Origin: Malacoraja senta
Taxonomy: Eukaryota
Assembly: GCA_038087875.1 (NCBI GenBank)
Contig: CM075988.1
Span: 4,898,001 to 4,962,000 of the forward strand
Direction of reading: 5' to 3'
Length of the DNA stretch: 64,000 nucleotides
In this document: piece by piece, positions 63,640-64,000 of the stretch
Position numbering within the stretch: the first letter of the stretch is position 1
Layout of the letters: each line of letters opens with the position of its first letter
Notes under the pieces: generated by a model
What the model saw: only the letters and a program-made list of their open reading frames with translations
Databases searched by the model: none
Told to the model about the DNA's origin: nothing
Made by a program: the position numbers and the translations under genes

Positions 63640-64000
63640 AGCCATTCCTTCTCTCCAGAGATGCTGCCTGTCCCGCTGAGTTACTCCAGCATTTTGTGTC
63701 CATCTTCGGCCCAACCCACGATTGCAGTTTTAATGAATTCATTTAAATATTCTGAGGTAAAACAGCTACAACATTGGAGAGTGCCACAAAATAAACTTAC
63801 TTGAAGCGAACATTAAACTGCGGAAGGAACAGTGAGTCGAGCAGCATCTGTTCGGTGACCCTTCTTCAGCCTGGAGTTTTGGGCTGACTTTGAAGTAGTT
63901 CTCTCCTACGGCATCTGTGGACGAAATAGATGGGTGACATTTTTGTTTGCAACCCTTCTTCAGACTCTGTAACAGTCACAGAGTCAAAGAGAGAGTCATA

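Overview
Repeat-saturated vertebrate genomic DNA. The tRNA-headed HE1/V-SINE-like SINEs, CR1 tails, Penelope, Rex1, L2 and DIRS content suggest a cartilaginous fish such as a skate or ray (inference). I see no supportable host protein-coding exon, rRNA, tRNA gene or CRISPR array; nearly every ORF is a decayed transposon frame or its antisense. Main contents: (1) the 5' half of a minus-strand endogenous retrovirus (LTR ~15193-15963, tRNA-Pro PBS, ~1.9 kb leader, long gag with two widely spaced zinc knuckles), split by a DIRS element and by an L1 that itself carries Penelope, L2 and Rex1 inserts; (2) two full-length but defective DIRS1-type tyrosine-recombinase retrotransposons (1952-6708, 54397-59099) whose termini and internal complementary regions covary within each copy, and which share coding lesions and a 36-bp higher-order minisatellite; (3) many Penelope-like terminal repeats with a minimal hammerhead-ribozyme motif, several as TSD-flanked fold-back insertions; (4) an internally deleted Gypsy element with a tRNA-Leu PBS; (5) non-autonomous hAT, Harbinger and unclassified DNA transposons; (6) an old inverted duplication around 25.8-28.6 kb. 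All coordinates were read by eye; boundaries of decayed repeats are approximate.
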